Source of the DNA: Candidatus Gottesmanbacteria bacterium RIFCSPHIGHO2_01_FULL_46_14
GTDB taxonomy: Bacteria; Patescibacteriota; Microgenomatia; UBA10105; UBA927
Direction of reading: 5' to 3'
DNA length: 45,297 bases
Assembly: GCA_001780895.1 (NCBI GenBank)
Contig: MFJJ01000014.1
Coordinates: 1 to 45,297 of the forward strand
The notes beneath the pieces were generated by a model that saw only the letters and a list, made by a program, of their open reading frames with translations, did not search any database and was not told the origin of the DNA. The translations under genes and the position numbers were made by a program. Of the stretch, positions 9,885-18,917 are shown in pieces. Position 1 is the stretch's first letter. Every line of letters starts with the position of its first letter.

Positions 9885-10633
9885 TGGTAAACTCCCTTCC
9901 ACGCGTTTATCCGTATTGCAACAATATCGGTAAGTCCCTGCCATGAATCGACAATAGGATTGACTCTCCTGGTTTCCACATAATGCCATTCGACGGAGAC
10001 TTCACGGATTTTTAACCCCAGTCGTTTTGCAATGTACAAAAACTCGATATCAAATCCAGCCGTAACCATACTGCCGCTCACTTCATGCCCCGAACCATAC
10101 AGACTCAGGCGATCCAAAATCCTAATACCCTGCTCTCGTTTAAATGCTTTAAATCCGCACTGCGTATCGTTTATTCCCGATAACCCCAGAATAAAACTCC
10201 GAAGGATCATAAATCCCCGCGCCATAATACGGCGTAACAGCGGAGCGCCTTCCCGCCTGCTGCTTCGTGATCCAATGACCACATCAAATCCCCGCTCAAA
10301 CCAAGGGAAAATTTTTTCTACTTGCGACAGTGGTGTTGCCTGATCCAAATCGGAAAATAATACCAGTTCTCCCCGACTTGCCCGAACCCCGGTCGTAACG
10401 GTGGCAGCTTTCCCCTGATGCGGGTTATGGACAACGCTAAACCCGTGGTTTTGGCGTGAAAACTCGTCAATAAGCTGAGCAGTTCCGTCGGTACTCCCAT
10501 CATCAACAACAATCACTTCCCATGTATAGTGGACGCTCTCCAAGTAGTGAGACACTTTATCGAGCGCCCCAAGACGAATATTGGTTTCCTCATTAAATGC
10601 CGGAATGACGATGGATAAAAGAATAGGCTTCAT
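9881..10633 (-). CDS. GT2 polyprenol-phosphate sugar synthase (DPG-synthase-like)
   Basis: SIVIPAFNEE, VDDGSTDGT, GKA, FSDLDQATP, IGSR, DTQCGFKAF, FDIEFL; start placed at ATG 10633 (MKPILL). Confidence 0.85.
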   Translation of the reverse strand: MKPILLSIVIPAFNEETNIRLGALDKVSHYLESVHYTWEVIVVDDGSTDGTAQLIDEFSRQNHGFSVVHNPHQGKAATVTTGVRASRGELVLFSDLDQATPLSQVEKIFPWFERGFDVVIGSRSSRREGAPLLRRIMARGFMILRSFILGLSGINDTQCGFKAFKREQGIRILDRLSLYGSGHEVSGSMVTAGFDIEFLYIAKRLGLKIREVSVEWHYVETRRVNPIVDSWQGLTDIVAIRINAWKGVYQ

Positions 10634-10638
10634 ATCAT

Positions 10639-10660
10639 TAAAATGATTCAAATCATTTTA
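10639..10660. promoter_or_regulatory. 22-bp palindrome copy 2, putative operator
   Basis: Identical to 462-483; intergenic, 5 nt upstream of the ATG at 10633. Confidence 0.75.
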
Positions 10661-10681
10661 TAATTCATTTGAGATTTATTT

Positions 10682-12196
10682 CTACTCTTGATAATGAACA
10701 AGTTTATAAATGCGCACAAATGGTACGTCCCATGATCCTGCCACTTCCGCTCTTCCAAATCCTGCAATTTCCCAAAGCGGATGACCGAGGGGCTGACAAA
10801 GCGTATTATCACAGAGTACCAAGAGTTGATCTGTTATTGTTTTCCTCTCCGGGTCTTTCTGGGGAAACTCTATCGTTACGGGCGGATTTCCCCAAATTTC
10901 AAAAAAGTATCGGAACGCGTGATCGGAGTTTCTGTCGGCAAGGAGGGCAAAATTAAACGGCTTGCCTCCTGTTTTCTCGAACACCGCCTGGGCGATACGT
11001 TTGGATTGTTCAAGCTGATTATTTGGCGGAAATTGAAATGGTTGGCCCAACCAGTTAAACCACAAAAGAACAGCAAGAAGCCCGAGACCTGCAACAAGTC
11101 CGGCGCGCGTTTTACTGAGTAACGCTACAAGTAGTCCTGCGACTAAAAATGGCAGCGCAAAAAAAATACCGAGGTAATAATCATAGATTGGTCCCTTATA
11201 AAATCCAAACAGGATAATTACAACCGCGTACCATACAAGAAGAAGCTTGGCGGCAAGATTCTTCCGGAAAACTATGAGTGTACCCAGTCCAACAAAAATG
11301 AGAATCCGAATACTGATAAGCCAAAACGTCTTCGGCCAAAATCTTAGGATATTCCAAATTTCGGGTTGCGGTAGACGAATGACAAGCCGGCCAAATAATC
11401 GAAACGTTACTTCGTTCATAGTGCCAAAAAATTGGGCCAGAGAAAATCCCGTGTCCTTACCACTGCCAATATAACGAATGATCGTCTGGGTATTGGGGAA
11501 TCCTTTAAGGATTTCAAATGCGAGGAACGGACTAAATCCAGCAATTAAACCGCCGACCGCATAGAAATAATAACGGAGATTGGATTTTTGCCAACCAGTT
11601 AACGCGCACCAAACAATAACGACACCGATGAGAAATAAAAAGAGATAATGAAGCTGGAGTCCTATACCCAGGACAATCCCCACCCAGAAGAGAAGATATT
11701 TTTCTTTTTTTACCGTTGATCGCCAGAGCAGATAAATGAGAAGGGTCGAAAAAAACGGAACGACATTTGGGTTCCACGAAGAACGGGACATAGCAATAAC
11801 GAGCGGAGAAAGTGTATAGAGACTGGCCGCTGCCAATCCCGCCCGCGTACCAAAAAAATCCCGACCAACCAGATACATGAGATACACCGTGGCAACACCA
11901 AATAATGCAACCATGACAGCAGGCCCGGCCGGATCGAGATTCCAGAGCCATAAGAACGGCACCATGAAATAGTAATAAATAGGGCCTAAATAAAACCCGC
12001 CCACAGAAGCCGTGGGCCCGAGAAGTGTCAAATCGTGGTCGACAATCATGCGTTTGACGATGAGAACGTCGCGGCCTTCATCACCCAAAAACGTCATATA
12101 TTCTGAAATCCTATTGAGTCTTAAATAGGCTGCGACAAAAAGAATACCGATAAGGACGAGTGAAGGAAAATATCGACGAATCGTTACTTTTTCCAT
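10682..12196 (-). CDS. GT-C glycosyltransferase (ArnT/PMT-like)
   Basis: YLRL...FLGDEGRD, LLGP....FYLGPIYYY, SRSSWNPN, QLH; start placed at ATG 12196 (MEKVTI). Confidence 0.8.
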   Translation of the reverse strand: MEKVTIRRYFPSLVLIGILFVAAYLRLNRISEYMTFLGDEGRDVLIVKRMIVDHDLTLLGPTASVGGFYLGPIYYYFMVPFLWLWNLDPAGPAVMVALFGVATVYLMYLVGRDFFGTRAGLAAASLYTLSPLVIAMSRSSWNPNVVPFFSTLLIYLLWRSTVKKEKYLLFWVGIVLGIGLQLHYLFLFLIGVVIVWCALTGWQKSNLRYYFYAVGGLIAGFSPFLAFEILKGFPNTQTIIRYIGSGKDTGFSLAQFFGTMNEVTFRLFGRLVIRLPQPEIWNILRFWPKTFWLISIRILIFVGLGTLIVFRKNLAAKLLLVWYAVVIILFGFYKGPIYDYYLGIFFALPFLVAGLLVALLSKTRAGLVAGLGLLAVLLWFNWLGQPFQFPPNNQLEQSKRIAQAVFEKTGGKPFNFALLADRNSDHAFRYFFEIWGNPPVTIEFPQKDPERKTITDQLLVLCDNTLCQPLGHPLWEIAGFGRAEVAGSWDVPFVRIYKLVHYQE

Positions 12197-13299
12197 ATTA
12201 CCTTGGAATACATCATATAGTTCCATGCAATTCCCACTATGGTGCCGAGAATGTAAAACAGTCGATATGAGCTGACACCGAACAGATATGATCCTATCCA
12301 AATAGTCGTTGCCTGGATAACCACCGCGCCAATAGAGGAAATATTAAACTGAACAAATTTTGCTGCGGTCCGTCGTTTTCCCCCGATTTTTCGTTCCCGA
12401 AATGTCCATGCGTTATTGAAGAAAAAATTTGAAATTATGGTGACCTCCGCTCCAACGACACTTCCGACGACCGGATGGAATCCAAACGCGACAAGCGCTT
12501 CGAGAATAACCGTGTTTATGACAAATCCGATCGTTCCGACGACAACAAACTTCCCAAATGACCCGGCAAACAACGGTCGCACTCGCTCGCGGCCAATGTA
12601 GAAAAAAATATTCTTGATATATTCCGATGGAGCGATTTTTGAATGCCCGTGCATTCGATCGGTAAAATGAATGGGGACCTCTCCAATACGTGCCCCATGA
12701 AGAATGGATTTGTGTAAAAACGCGATTTGAAATACATACCCGCTATAATTTTCGAGTTCGTCCTCGAGCATGCGAACATATTTGGGAGTATAGAGTCGAT
12801 ACCCCCCGGTCCAGTCATGAACATGAGTTTGTCCTAAACCAAAACGGACGATGCTATTGCCAATCACGCTATAAATCTTTCGGAGTACCGCCCAATTTTT
12901 CGGTATCGACCCCCCTGGAATATAGCGGCTCCCCACGACAAAGTCAGCGCCCTCTTCAAACTTTTTAAAGAAGGCAGGTAATGCTTTTGGATCGTGAGAC
13001 AGATCAGCATCCATTTGCACAATGACATCTGCCCCAAGCGTACCGATGGCATAGCGCATTCCCCTCAGGATCCCTTTTCCAAGCCCAAGTTTAGGACCAC
13101 TCGTCAAATAAACGTTTTTATGAGTTTTCTGATAAAAACCAACGACAGCAGCTGTCCCGTCGGGAGAGAAATCGTCGACAACAAGAATGAAAAAAGTATA
13201 TCCGGCTATCTGGCGACACACACCAAGAATCAGATCGAGCATCGGTACAATGTTTTCCCGCTCGTTATACGTGGGAAGAATGACGACAGCTTTTGGCAT
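12184..13299 (-). CDS. DPM1-like polyprenol-phosphate mannose/sugar synthase fused to a C-terminal GtrA-like domain
   Basis: LPTYNERENI, VDDFSPDGT, QMDADLSHDP, GSRYIPGG, DWTGGYR; C-terminal KFVVVGTIG...SNFFFNNAWTF...WNYMM with about 4 TM segments (GtrA). Confidence 0.85.
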   Translation of the reverse strand: MPKAVVILPTYNERENIVPMLDLILGVCRQIAGYTFFILVVDDFSPDGTAAVVGFYQKTHKNVYLTSGPKLGLGKGILRGMRYAIGTLGADVIVQMDADLSHDPKALPAFFKKFEEGADFVVGSRYIPGGSIPKNWAVLRKIYSVIGNSIVRFGLGQTHVHDWTGGYRLYTPKYVRMLEDELENYSGYVFQIAFLHKSILHGARIGEVPIHFTDRMHGHSKIAPSEYIKNIFFYIGRERVRPLFAGSFGKFVVVGTIGFVINTVILEALVAFGFHPVVGSVVGAEVTIISNFFFNNAWTFRERKIGGKRRTAAKFVQFNISSIGAVVIQATTIWIGSYLFGVSSYRLFYILGTIVGIAWNYMMYSKVIWKK

Positions 13300-13320
13300 T
13301 ATCCACTAAGTATACGATTC

Positions 13321-14277
13321 TTATACGCGCTCTCGCCAGTAGTTGAGGAGGTCTTCCATTGTTTTCTCAAACGGAACCGTCGGCTTCCATCCGGTTTTTT
13401 CGACGAATTTACTATTGTCCCCTACTAATACCGGTACGTCGGATGGGCGCATTCTGGAGGAATCCTGTTTGATGGCAACCTTGGCAGTGCTATATGATAA
13501 GAGTAAATTGAGCATGTCGCCGATTTTCGGAGCCTTACCGACGCAGATGTTGTAGACTTCGCCCGGCTCGCAGATTTCAACTGCCATCTTATACGCCCGC
13601 ACCATATCACGAACGTCCGTGTAGTCGCGTCTTGCTTCGAGGTTTCCGACCCAAACGATGGGCTGTTGCTTTCCTTTTTCGATAAGCGCTATTTGCTTGG
13701 CAAAATTCGACTCGGCAAATGTCTCCCCCCTCCTTGGCCCGGTATGATTAAACCCGCGGGTACGTACAATTCTCACTTTGTATGACTGGTAATATTGATA
13801 TCCCAAATAGTCCATCGCAACTTTGGAAACTGCATACGGCGAAAGCGGCCGCAGGGGATTAGTTTCATGAATGGGAATTTCGTTTTCATTTACCAATCCA
13901 TATTCTTCCGATGAACACGCTATTTGAACAACAGGATCAATGTCTGCTTGCCTGACTGCTTCAAATAAATTGGCAGAACCCACGATGTTTACTTCAAGCG
14001 TCACCGATGGTGATACCCAAGACGTAGGGACAAAGGATTGAGCGGCCAGGTGAAAAATATATTCAGGCTTAACCCGGGAGATTGTCGTATAGAGCGAATG
14101 GGAATCAAGCAGATCTGCATCTTCCAGATGTAATTGATTGGCGATGTGATCGATGTGGTCGCGTTTTGTCCGGGGTCTGCATATACCATAGACTTCGTAT
14201 CCTTCGGATAAGAGAAGCTCCGCCAGGTGACTTCCCACAAATCCTGCAATACCGGTAATAAGTGCTTTTTTTGCCAT
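13321..14277 (-). CDS. GDP-mannose 4,6-dehydratase / GDP-4-keto-6-deoxymannose reductase (Gmd/Rmd family SDR)
   Basis: ITGIAGFVG, FHLAAQSFV, SSEEYG, SPYAVSK, FNHTGPRRGETF, GNLEARRDYTDVRD. Confidence 0.8.
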   Translation of the reverse strand: MAKKALITGIAGFVGSHLAELLLSEGYEVYGICRPRTKRDHIDHIANQLHLEDADLLDSHSLYTTISRVKPEYIFHLAAQSFVPTSWVSPSVTLEVNIVGSANLFEAVRQADIDPVVQIACSSEEYGLVNENEIPIHETNPLRPLSPYAVSKVAMDYLGYQYYQSYKVRIVRTRGFNHTGPRRGETFAESNFAKQIALIEKGKQQPIVWVGNLEARRDYTDVRDMVRAYKMAVEICEPGEVYNICVGKAPKIGDMLNLLLSYSTAKVAIKQDSSRMRPSDVPVLVGDNSKFVEKTGWKPTVPFEKTMEDLLNYWRERV

Positions 14278-14278
14278 A

Positions 14279-15577
14279 CTACATCCTTCCTACACCATAG
14301 TACATGAATCCTAGGTTTTTGACACTAACCGGTTCATAGATATTTCTTCCGTCAAATATCACTCTTCCTTTCATTTCGCGGGCCAGCCGAACCAAATCAA
14401 GTTGTCGGAATTCATTCCATTCAGTCACCACAACAGCAGCATCCGCCCCATGTGCTGCGTCATAGGCGTTTTTTGCGTACTTTACGGTCCCGGGTAACAA
14501 AAGCTTTGCATTTTCCATCGCGACAGGATCATACGATATCACCGAAGCACCTTTGGCAAGTAATCCCTTGATAATCTCAATTGAGGGAGCTTCCCGCATA
14601 TCATCGGTATTGGGTTTAAAGGCGAGTCCCAACACTGCAATCGTTTTGCCTTTACAATTGCCTTTAAAGTGTTTACTAATTTTGTCTACAAAATGTCTCA
14701 TCATATATGTATTGACTGAATCAACTGCCTTAAGGAGCGCAAAGTCATAGTTATGCTCTGAGGCAATCGCGATTAATGCCTTGACGTCTTTGGGGAAACA
14801 GCTCCCGCCGTAGCCAACGCCCGGATACATAAAGCTTCTGCCGATTCGGTGATCTAAGCCGACTCCCTCCAATACTTTTTCGACATCGGCGCCCACTTTT
14901 TCTGCTATCAGCGCAATAGCATTGGCAAACGAAATTTTGGTCGATAGCATGGAGTTAGATGCGTATTTAATAAGCTCGGCTGTCTCAGGATTGCACAGTA
15001 CTTTTTCACCACTTATCGATGTGTGCAGCTCTAAAAGGAGCGCTTGGGCGCGTGTACTTGTCGTGCCAATAATAACGCGATCGGGATGGAGCGTATCGTC
15101 AATTGCCGTTCCCTCCCGCAAAAACTCCGGCACAGATGCTATAGCAAACGATGTCCCCTCGGGTTTATGACGGTTTAAAATATCGGTTACTTTCTTGTTT
15201 GTACCGGGCGGAACGGTGCTTTTTGTGGCGATAACTTTGTATCCTACCAATGATTTTCCGATTTTTTCGGTGGCATCAAAAACACTCGTAAGGTCCGCTT
15301 CACCATTTGTTTTTGGCGGAGTACCAACGCAGATAAACACAATTTCCGAAGGCTCAACTGCATCTGCAAAATCAAGGGTAAATATCAATCGACCCGCATC
15401 AACGTTTCGTTTCACCAACTCTTCAAGCCCGGGCTCATAAAACGGTGCGATTCCTTTTTTAAGCTTATCGATTTTTTCCTTGGTTCTCCCGACGACCCAA
15501 ACGGTGTTACCCAAATCGGCAAATACTGCCGCTGTAACAAGACCTACATATCCATGACCAATAAACGCAATAGTCAT
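14279..15577 (-). CDS. ugd: UDP-glucose/GDP-mannose 6-dehydrogenase
   Basis: IGHGYVG, FICVGTP, KSTVPPGT, PEFLREG, GYGGSCFPKD (catalytic Cys), FKPNTDDMRE, DGRN. Confidence 0.92.
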   Translation of the reverse strand: MTIAFIGHGYVGLVTAAVFADLGNTVWVVGRTKEKIDKLKKGIAPFYEPGLEELVKRNVDAGRLIFTLDFADAVEPSEIVFICVGTPPKTNGEADLTSVFDATEKIGKSLVGYKVIATKSTVPPGTNKKVTDILNRHKPEGTSFAIASVPEFLREGTAIDDTLHPDRVIIGTTSTRAQALLLELHTSISGEKVLCNPETAELIKYASNSMLSTKISFANAIALIAEKVGADVEKVLEGVGLDHRIGRSFMYPGVGYGGSCFPKDVKALIAIASEHNYDFALLKAVDSVNTYMMRHFVDKISKHFKGNCKGKTIAVLGLAFKPNTDDMREAPSIEIIKGLLAKGASVISYDPVAMENAKLLLPGTVKYAKNAYDAAHGADAAVVVTEWNEFRQLDLVRLAREMKGRVIFDGRNIYEPVSVKNLGFMYYGVGRM

Positions 15578-16422
15578 AAAACTTTTATTTTTTCCAGTCC
15601 TTCATCAAAAGAGTGCATTTGTACACCGAATTTTCCTATTTTATCACTTTTAAGTACGGCCCGCTTGGGTCGTGGTGCGCGTCCCCGAAAGTATTCTTCA
15701 AACGATGTTTTTTCAACGAGTGACGCATCCAAATCATATGCTGCTGCTATTTTTTTGGCCGCCTCGTATGGGGAAAGTGCCTGTGTTCCTACCACATGAT
15801 AGATACCGGAAGCATTTCTCTCTATCAGTTTTTCGATAGCAAAGGCAATATCATCGATAAATGTTGGCACAAAAAGCTGATCAGTCGGCGCCTGAATAGA
15901 TTCCTCTCCCGAAAGCCTACCTATAATTTTTTTTACAAAATCTGGTTTATCCGCGATTTTTCTGTATGGGTTTGCTATGCGGACAATAATCCCATCCTCT
16001 CCGACCCGCTTCTCGCCCTCATGCTTGGTTTTTGCGTACCAGCCCTGCGGATTGGGGAGATCTTCTTCAGAATATGTATCTTTTGTTCCGTCGAACACGT
16101 AGTCTGTGGATATATACAAAAGCCTTTTTCCCATTGTCTTACAAACAGAAACAATACGTTCTGTTGCGGTGACGTTGACAATCCAGGTCGGGCTTTTTTC
16201 GCCCAAAGCGGCTTCAGATTCTGCACCATCGACATCGGTCTTGGCGGCAAAATGAAAAACCCATGGTGCATCACTTTTTTTAATATGTTCCTCTACAGTG
16301 GATTTATTCGTGATATCGATGCCCGTATCGAGGCTCAAATCGGTAAATGAGTGACGCGGGAACAAAAGTTCAACAACACGGGAACCAACTAAACCAGATA
16401 ATCCAGTACCAATTATATTCAT
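15574..16422 (-). CDS. rmlD: dTDP-4-dehydrorhamnose reductase
   Basis: GLSGLVG, AAKTDVDGAE, ISTDYVFDG, YAKTK, PT.IDD, RAPRP. Confidence 0.88.
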   Translation of the reverse strand: MNIIGTGLSGLVGSRVVELLFPRHSFTDLSLDTGIDITNKSTVEEHIKKSDAPWVFHFAAKTDVDGAESEAALGEKSPTWIVNVTATERIVSVCKTMGKRLLYISTDYVFDGTKDTYSEEDLPNPQGWYAKTKHEGEKRVGEDGIIVRIANPYRKIADKPDFVKKIIGRLSGEESIQAPTDQLFVPTFIDDIAFAIEKLIERNASGIYHVVGTQALSPYEAAKKIAAAYDLDASLVEKTSFEEYFRGRAPRPKRAVLKSDKIGKFGVQMHSFDEGLEKIKVL

Positions 16423-16433
16423 AGGAGATAGTG

Positions 16434-16491
16434 AAGGCTGAGCCTTGAAGTACCCTAAGGCTCAGCCTTTGTGTTTTCCGGGCCGAGCCTT
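16434..16491. repeat. REP-like array of quasi-palindromic AAGGCTGAGCCTT units
   Basis: AAGGCTGAGCCTT (16434-16446) and its exact reverse complement AAGGCTCAGCCTT (16457-16469) flank a 10-nt loop; degenerate third unit CGGGCCGAGCCTT at 16479-16491. Confidence 0.65.
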
Positions 16492-17454
16492 AAGTGCTCT
16501 CCACCAAGACTCATTGTCTTTATACCATTGGACCGTTTTACTTAACCACGTATCAAAATCATGAGCCGGCTTCCAACTTAATTCTTTGTTGATTTTGCTC
16601 CAGTCCATTGCATAGCGCCTATCGTGGCCGGACCGATCGGTAACATACTCGATCATCGATTCGTCTTTACCTAAATATTTGATAATTTTTTTGATCACAC
16701 TAAGATTACTTATGTCACTCGTCATTCCACCAACACAGTATGTTTCTCCAATTTTCCCTTTTAAAAGCACTGCTTCAATAGCACGGCAATGATCTTCTAC
16801 ATAAAGCCAATCGCGTACGTACTTCCCGTCTCCGTAGACCGGAACTTTTTTGCCTTCCAGAAGATTGGTGATAGCCAAAGGAATAAGTTTTTCGGGAAAT
16901 TGGAAGGGGCCGAAGTTATTGGAACAGTTGGTAATCGTAATAGGCAAGCCGTACGTATGATAATACGCATTTACTAAATGATCTGACCCAGCTTTACTTG
17001 CTGAATATGGACTTCTGGGATCATATTTTGTTCGTTCACTAAATTTACCCGGACGCTCAAGCTCAAGCGATCCGAACACTTCATCGGTAGATATATGATG
17101 AAATCTCTTAATTTTGTTTTTTAAGGCAGATTCTAAAAGAACATGAGTACCAACAACATTTGTTTGCACAAAAGGAGAGGGGCCGGTAATCGATCGATCC
17201 ACATGGCTTTCTGCAGCAAAATGGATGACCATATCTATATTGTTCATGGCGCGGGCGACAACTTCAGCATCACAAATATCGCCATGAATAAACTTATAGG
17301 TAGAATTTTTTTCTACTTCTTTTAGATTCTCCAGATTTCCGGCATAGGTAAGTTTATCGAGGTTAACAACCAAATCCTCGGGATGCTGATTCATCCAGTA
17401 AAGAATAAAATTCGACCCGATAAATCCTGCGCCCCCAGTTACGAGAAGTTTCAT
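16462..17454 (-). CDS. rmlB: dTDP-glucose 4,6-dehydratase
   Basis: VTGGAGFIGSNF, DKLTYAGN, FAAESHVDRSI, ISTDEVFG, SPYSASK, CSNNFGP.QFPEKLIP, GHDRRY. Confidence 0.95.
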   Translation of the reverse strand: MKLLVTGGAGFIGSNFILYWMNQHPEDLVVNLDKLTYAGNLENLKEVEKNSTYKFIHGDICDAEVVARAMNNIDMVIHFAAESHVDRSITGPSPFVQTNVVGTHVLLESALKNKIKRFHHISTDEVFGSLELERPGKFSERTKYDPRSPYSASKAGSDHLVNAYYHTYGLPITITNCSNNFGPFQFPEKLIPLAITNLLEGKKVPVYGDGKYVRDWLYVEDHCRAIEAVLLKGKIGETYCVGGMTSDISNLSVIKKIIKYLGKDESMIEYVTDRSGHDRRYAMDWSKINKELSWKPAHDFDTWLSKTVQWYKDNESWWRALKARPGKHKG

Positions 17455-17457
17455 AAA

Positions 17458-17931
17458 TTAAAAAATGTTTTTGTTGCTAATCGGTATTCCGCCAACCCAG
17501 TCATAACCAATCGTGGGATCATCATGAGGGAGTCTTCCCTCTTCTTCTTTGTTGTAGACGCCGCTCGTTACATAGATTAGGTCTGCCGGCCCTGCGAGAA
17601 CTTTAAGCCCATGAGCAACACCTGAAGGAATCTTGACAATCATATCTTGCCCTCCGTCGCCTAAAATAAATTCATCCAGCTCCTTGTGCGTTGCACTCGA
17701 AGCTCGGAGGTCATAGAGCACCACTTTAATTTTTCCATTGACGACATACCACCAGTCTATCTGCGTTTTGTGAATATGCCATGCTTTGACGACCCCAGGG
17801 TGCATGAGGGACCGCGAGAGCTGTCCAAATCCTTCTGAAAAAAAATGGTCGGACGCACGAATAATTTCTTCGAAAAATCCCCGTTCATCGGGGAAGCGGA
17901 CAAGGGGCTTCGTTATGACGCCATCGATCAT
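17458..17931 (-). CDS. rmlC: dTDP-4-dehydrorhamnose 3,5-epimerase-like cupin
   Basis: DERGFF.E, GVVKAWHIH, LYDLR, IPSGVAHG; lies between rmlA and rmlB. Confidence 0.8.
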   Translation of the reverse strand: MIDGVITKPLVRFPDERGFFEEIIRASDHFFSEGFGQLSRSLMHPGVVKAWHIHKTQIDWWYVVNGKIKVVLYDLRASSATHKELDEFILGDGGQDMIVKIPSGVAHGLKVLAGPADLIYVTSGVYNKEEEGRLPHDDPTIGYDWVGGIPISNKNIF

Positions 17932-18665
17932 AGCTGCCCTGCCTTTACCATCTTTGCGACATCATTATTGGCAGCAAGAAGTTCGTCGTAGGATGCGCCG
18001 GCATCAATCCACCAATCGATAATCTCGCAAAACAGCTTGCTCTCGGCGCGGTAGCAATTGTTTAAGTCCGTAACTTCCAGTTCTCCTTTGGCAGATGGTT
18101 TCAATGTCTTAATAAAATCGAATACCCGGTGGTCATACATGTAAATGCCGGTTTGGGCAATATCGCTCTTGGGATGCTCCGGCTTCTCTTCGATAGAGAG
18201 AACTTTTCCGCTTTTGTCCATCTCAATGACACCGTAATGACGCGAGTCGGTATCTTTATGAACACCAAATATCATTGCCCCATACTGCTTCTGTTCAAAT
18301 TTTTTCCTCGACGCTTCGAGGTTGAAATTAAAAATATTATCTCCTAACAGAACCAAAATGGATTCATTCCCCGCAAATTCCTGCGCAAGCGCAATAGCAT
18401 CAGAAATACCACCCTTGGGGTTATCCTGAATTGAGTACAAGAGCTTCAAACCAAATTCTTCGCCGTTTTTGAGAAGATTGGCAAAGTCGCCCGCATGATC
18501 TCCGCTGGTCGTCAGGAGAACCTCCGAAACGCCCGCCTTTTGCATCGCCTGCAAAGAGTAATAAATCATGGGCTGGTGATACACCGGAAGAAGGTGCTTA
18601 TTAGTAACGAGCGTAAGAGGTCTCAAGCGTGTAGCTAACCCTCCGGCTAAGATGACACCTTTCAT
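17928..18665 (-). CDS. rmlA: Glucose-1-phosphate thymidylyltransferase (short RmlA/SpsI type)
   Basis: GVILAGGLATRLRPLT..TNKHLLPVY, LGDN, IEEKP, PSAKGELEVTDLN, WIDAG. Confidence 0.88.
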   Translation of the reverse strand: MKGVILAGGLATRLRPLTLVTNKHLLPVYHQPMIYYSLQAMQKAGVSEVLLTTSGDHAGDFANLLKNGEEFGLKLLYSIQDNPKGGISDAIALAQEFAGNESILVLLGDNIFNFNLEASRKKFEQKQYGAMIFGVHKDTDSRHYGVIEMDKSGKVLSIEEKPEHPKSDIAQTGIYMYDHRVFDFIKTLKPSAKGELEVTDLNNCYRAESKLFCEIIDWWIDAGASYDELLAANNDVAKMVKAGQL

Positions 18666-18668
18666 AGA

Positions 18669-18917
18669 TTATGGCCGCAGCACATTAACCAGAACGAGTA
18701 TTGCTACGGCGCCAACAAGCACGTATTCTATCACAACTTTCCTATGGAGATCGCCACTCGCGGCATGATGAACAATTCCCCATATAACGTAGGCAACAGC
18801 CGTAACAATCCCAATTCTTTGCTGCGCCGCTACATCTCCCCTGAGTATCACAAATGACGCAATCCCTCCGGCAAGAATCGAGACAAGCACAACATAATGG
18901 ACCATCTGTAATTTCAT
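18669..18917 (-). CDS. Small hypothetical membrane protein (about 3 TM)
   Basis: MKLQMVHY...YVIWGIVHH..GDLH.KVVIEY; ATG at 18917 overlaps the CAP gene stop (ATGA). Confidence 0.7.
   Translation of the reverse strand: MKLQMVHYVVLVSILAGGIASFVILRGDVAAQQRIGIVTAVAYVIWGIVHHAASGDLHRKVVIEYVLVGAVAILVLVNVLRP

Noticed and set aside
7314..9989. Long N-terminal extensions given by the ORF track (to 7436, 9006, 9989; likewise 12301, 22487, 28474, 29000, 40280)
   Set aside because: They overlap upstream genes extensively; downstream starts at or near the upstream stops are more plausible.
16434..16469. Hairpin as an intrinsic terminator for rmlB
   Set aside because: No U-tract after the stem on the minus strand, and it sits mid-operon; kept as a repeat instead.
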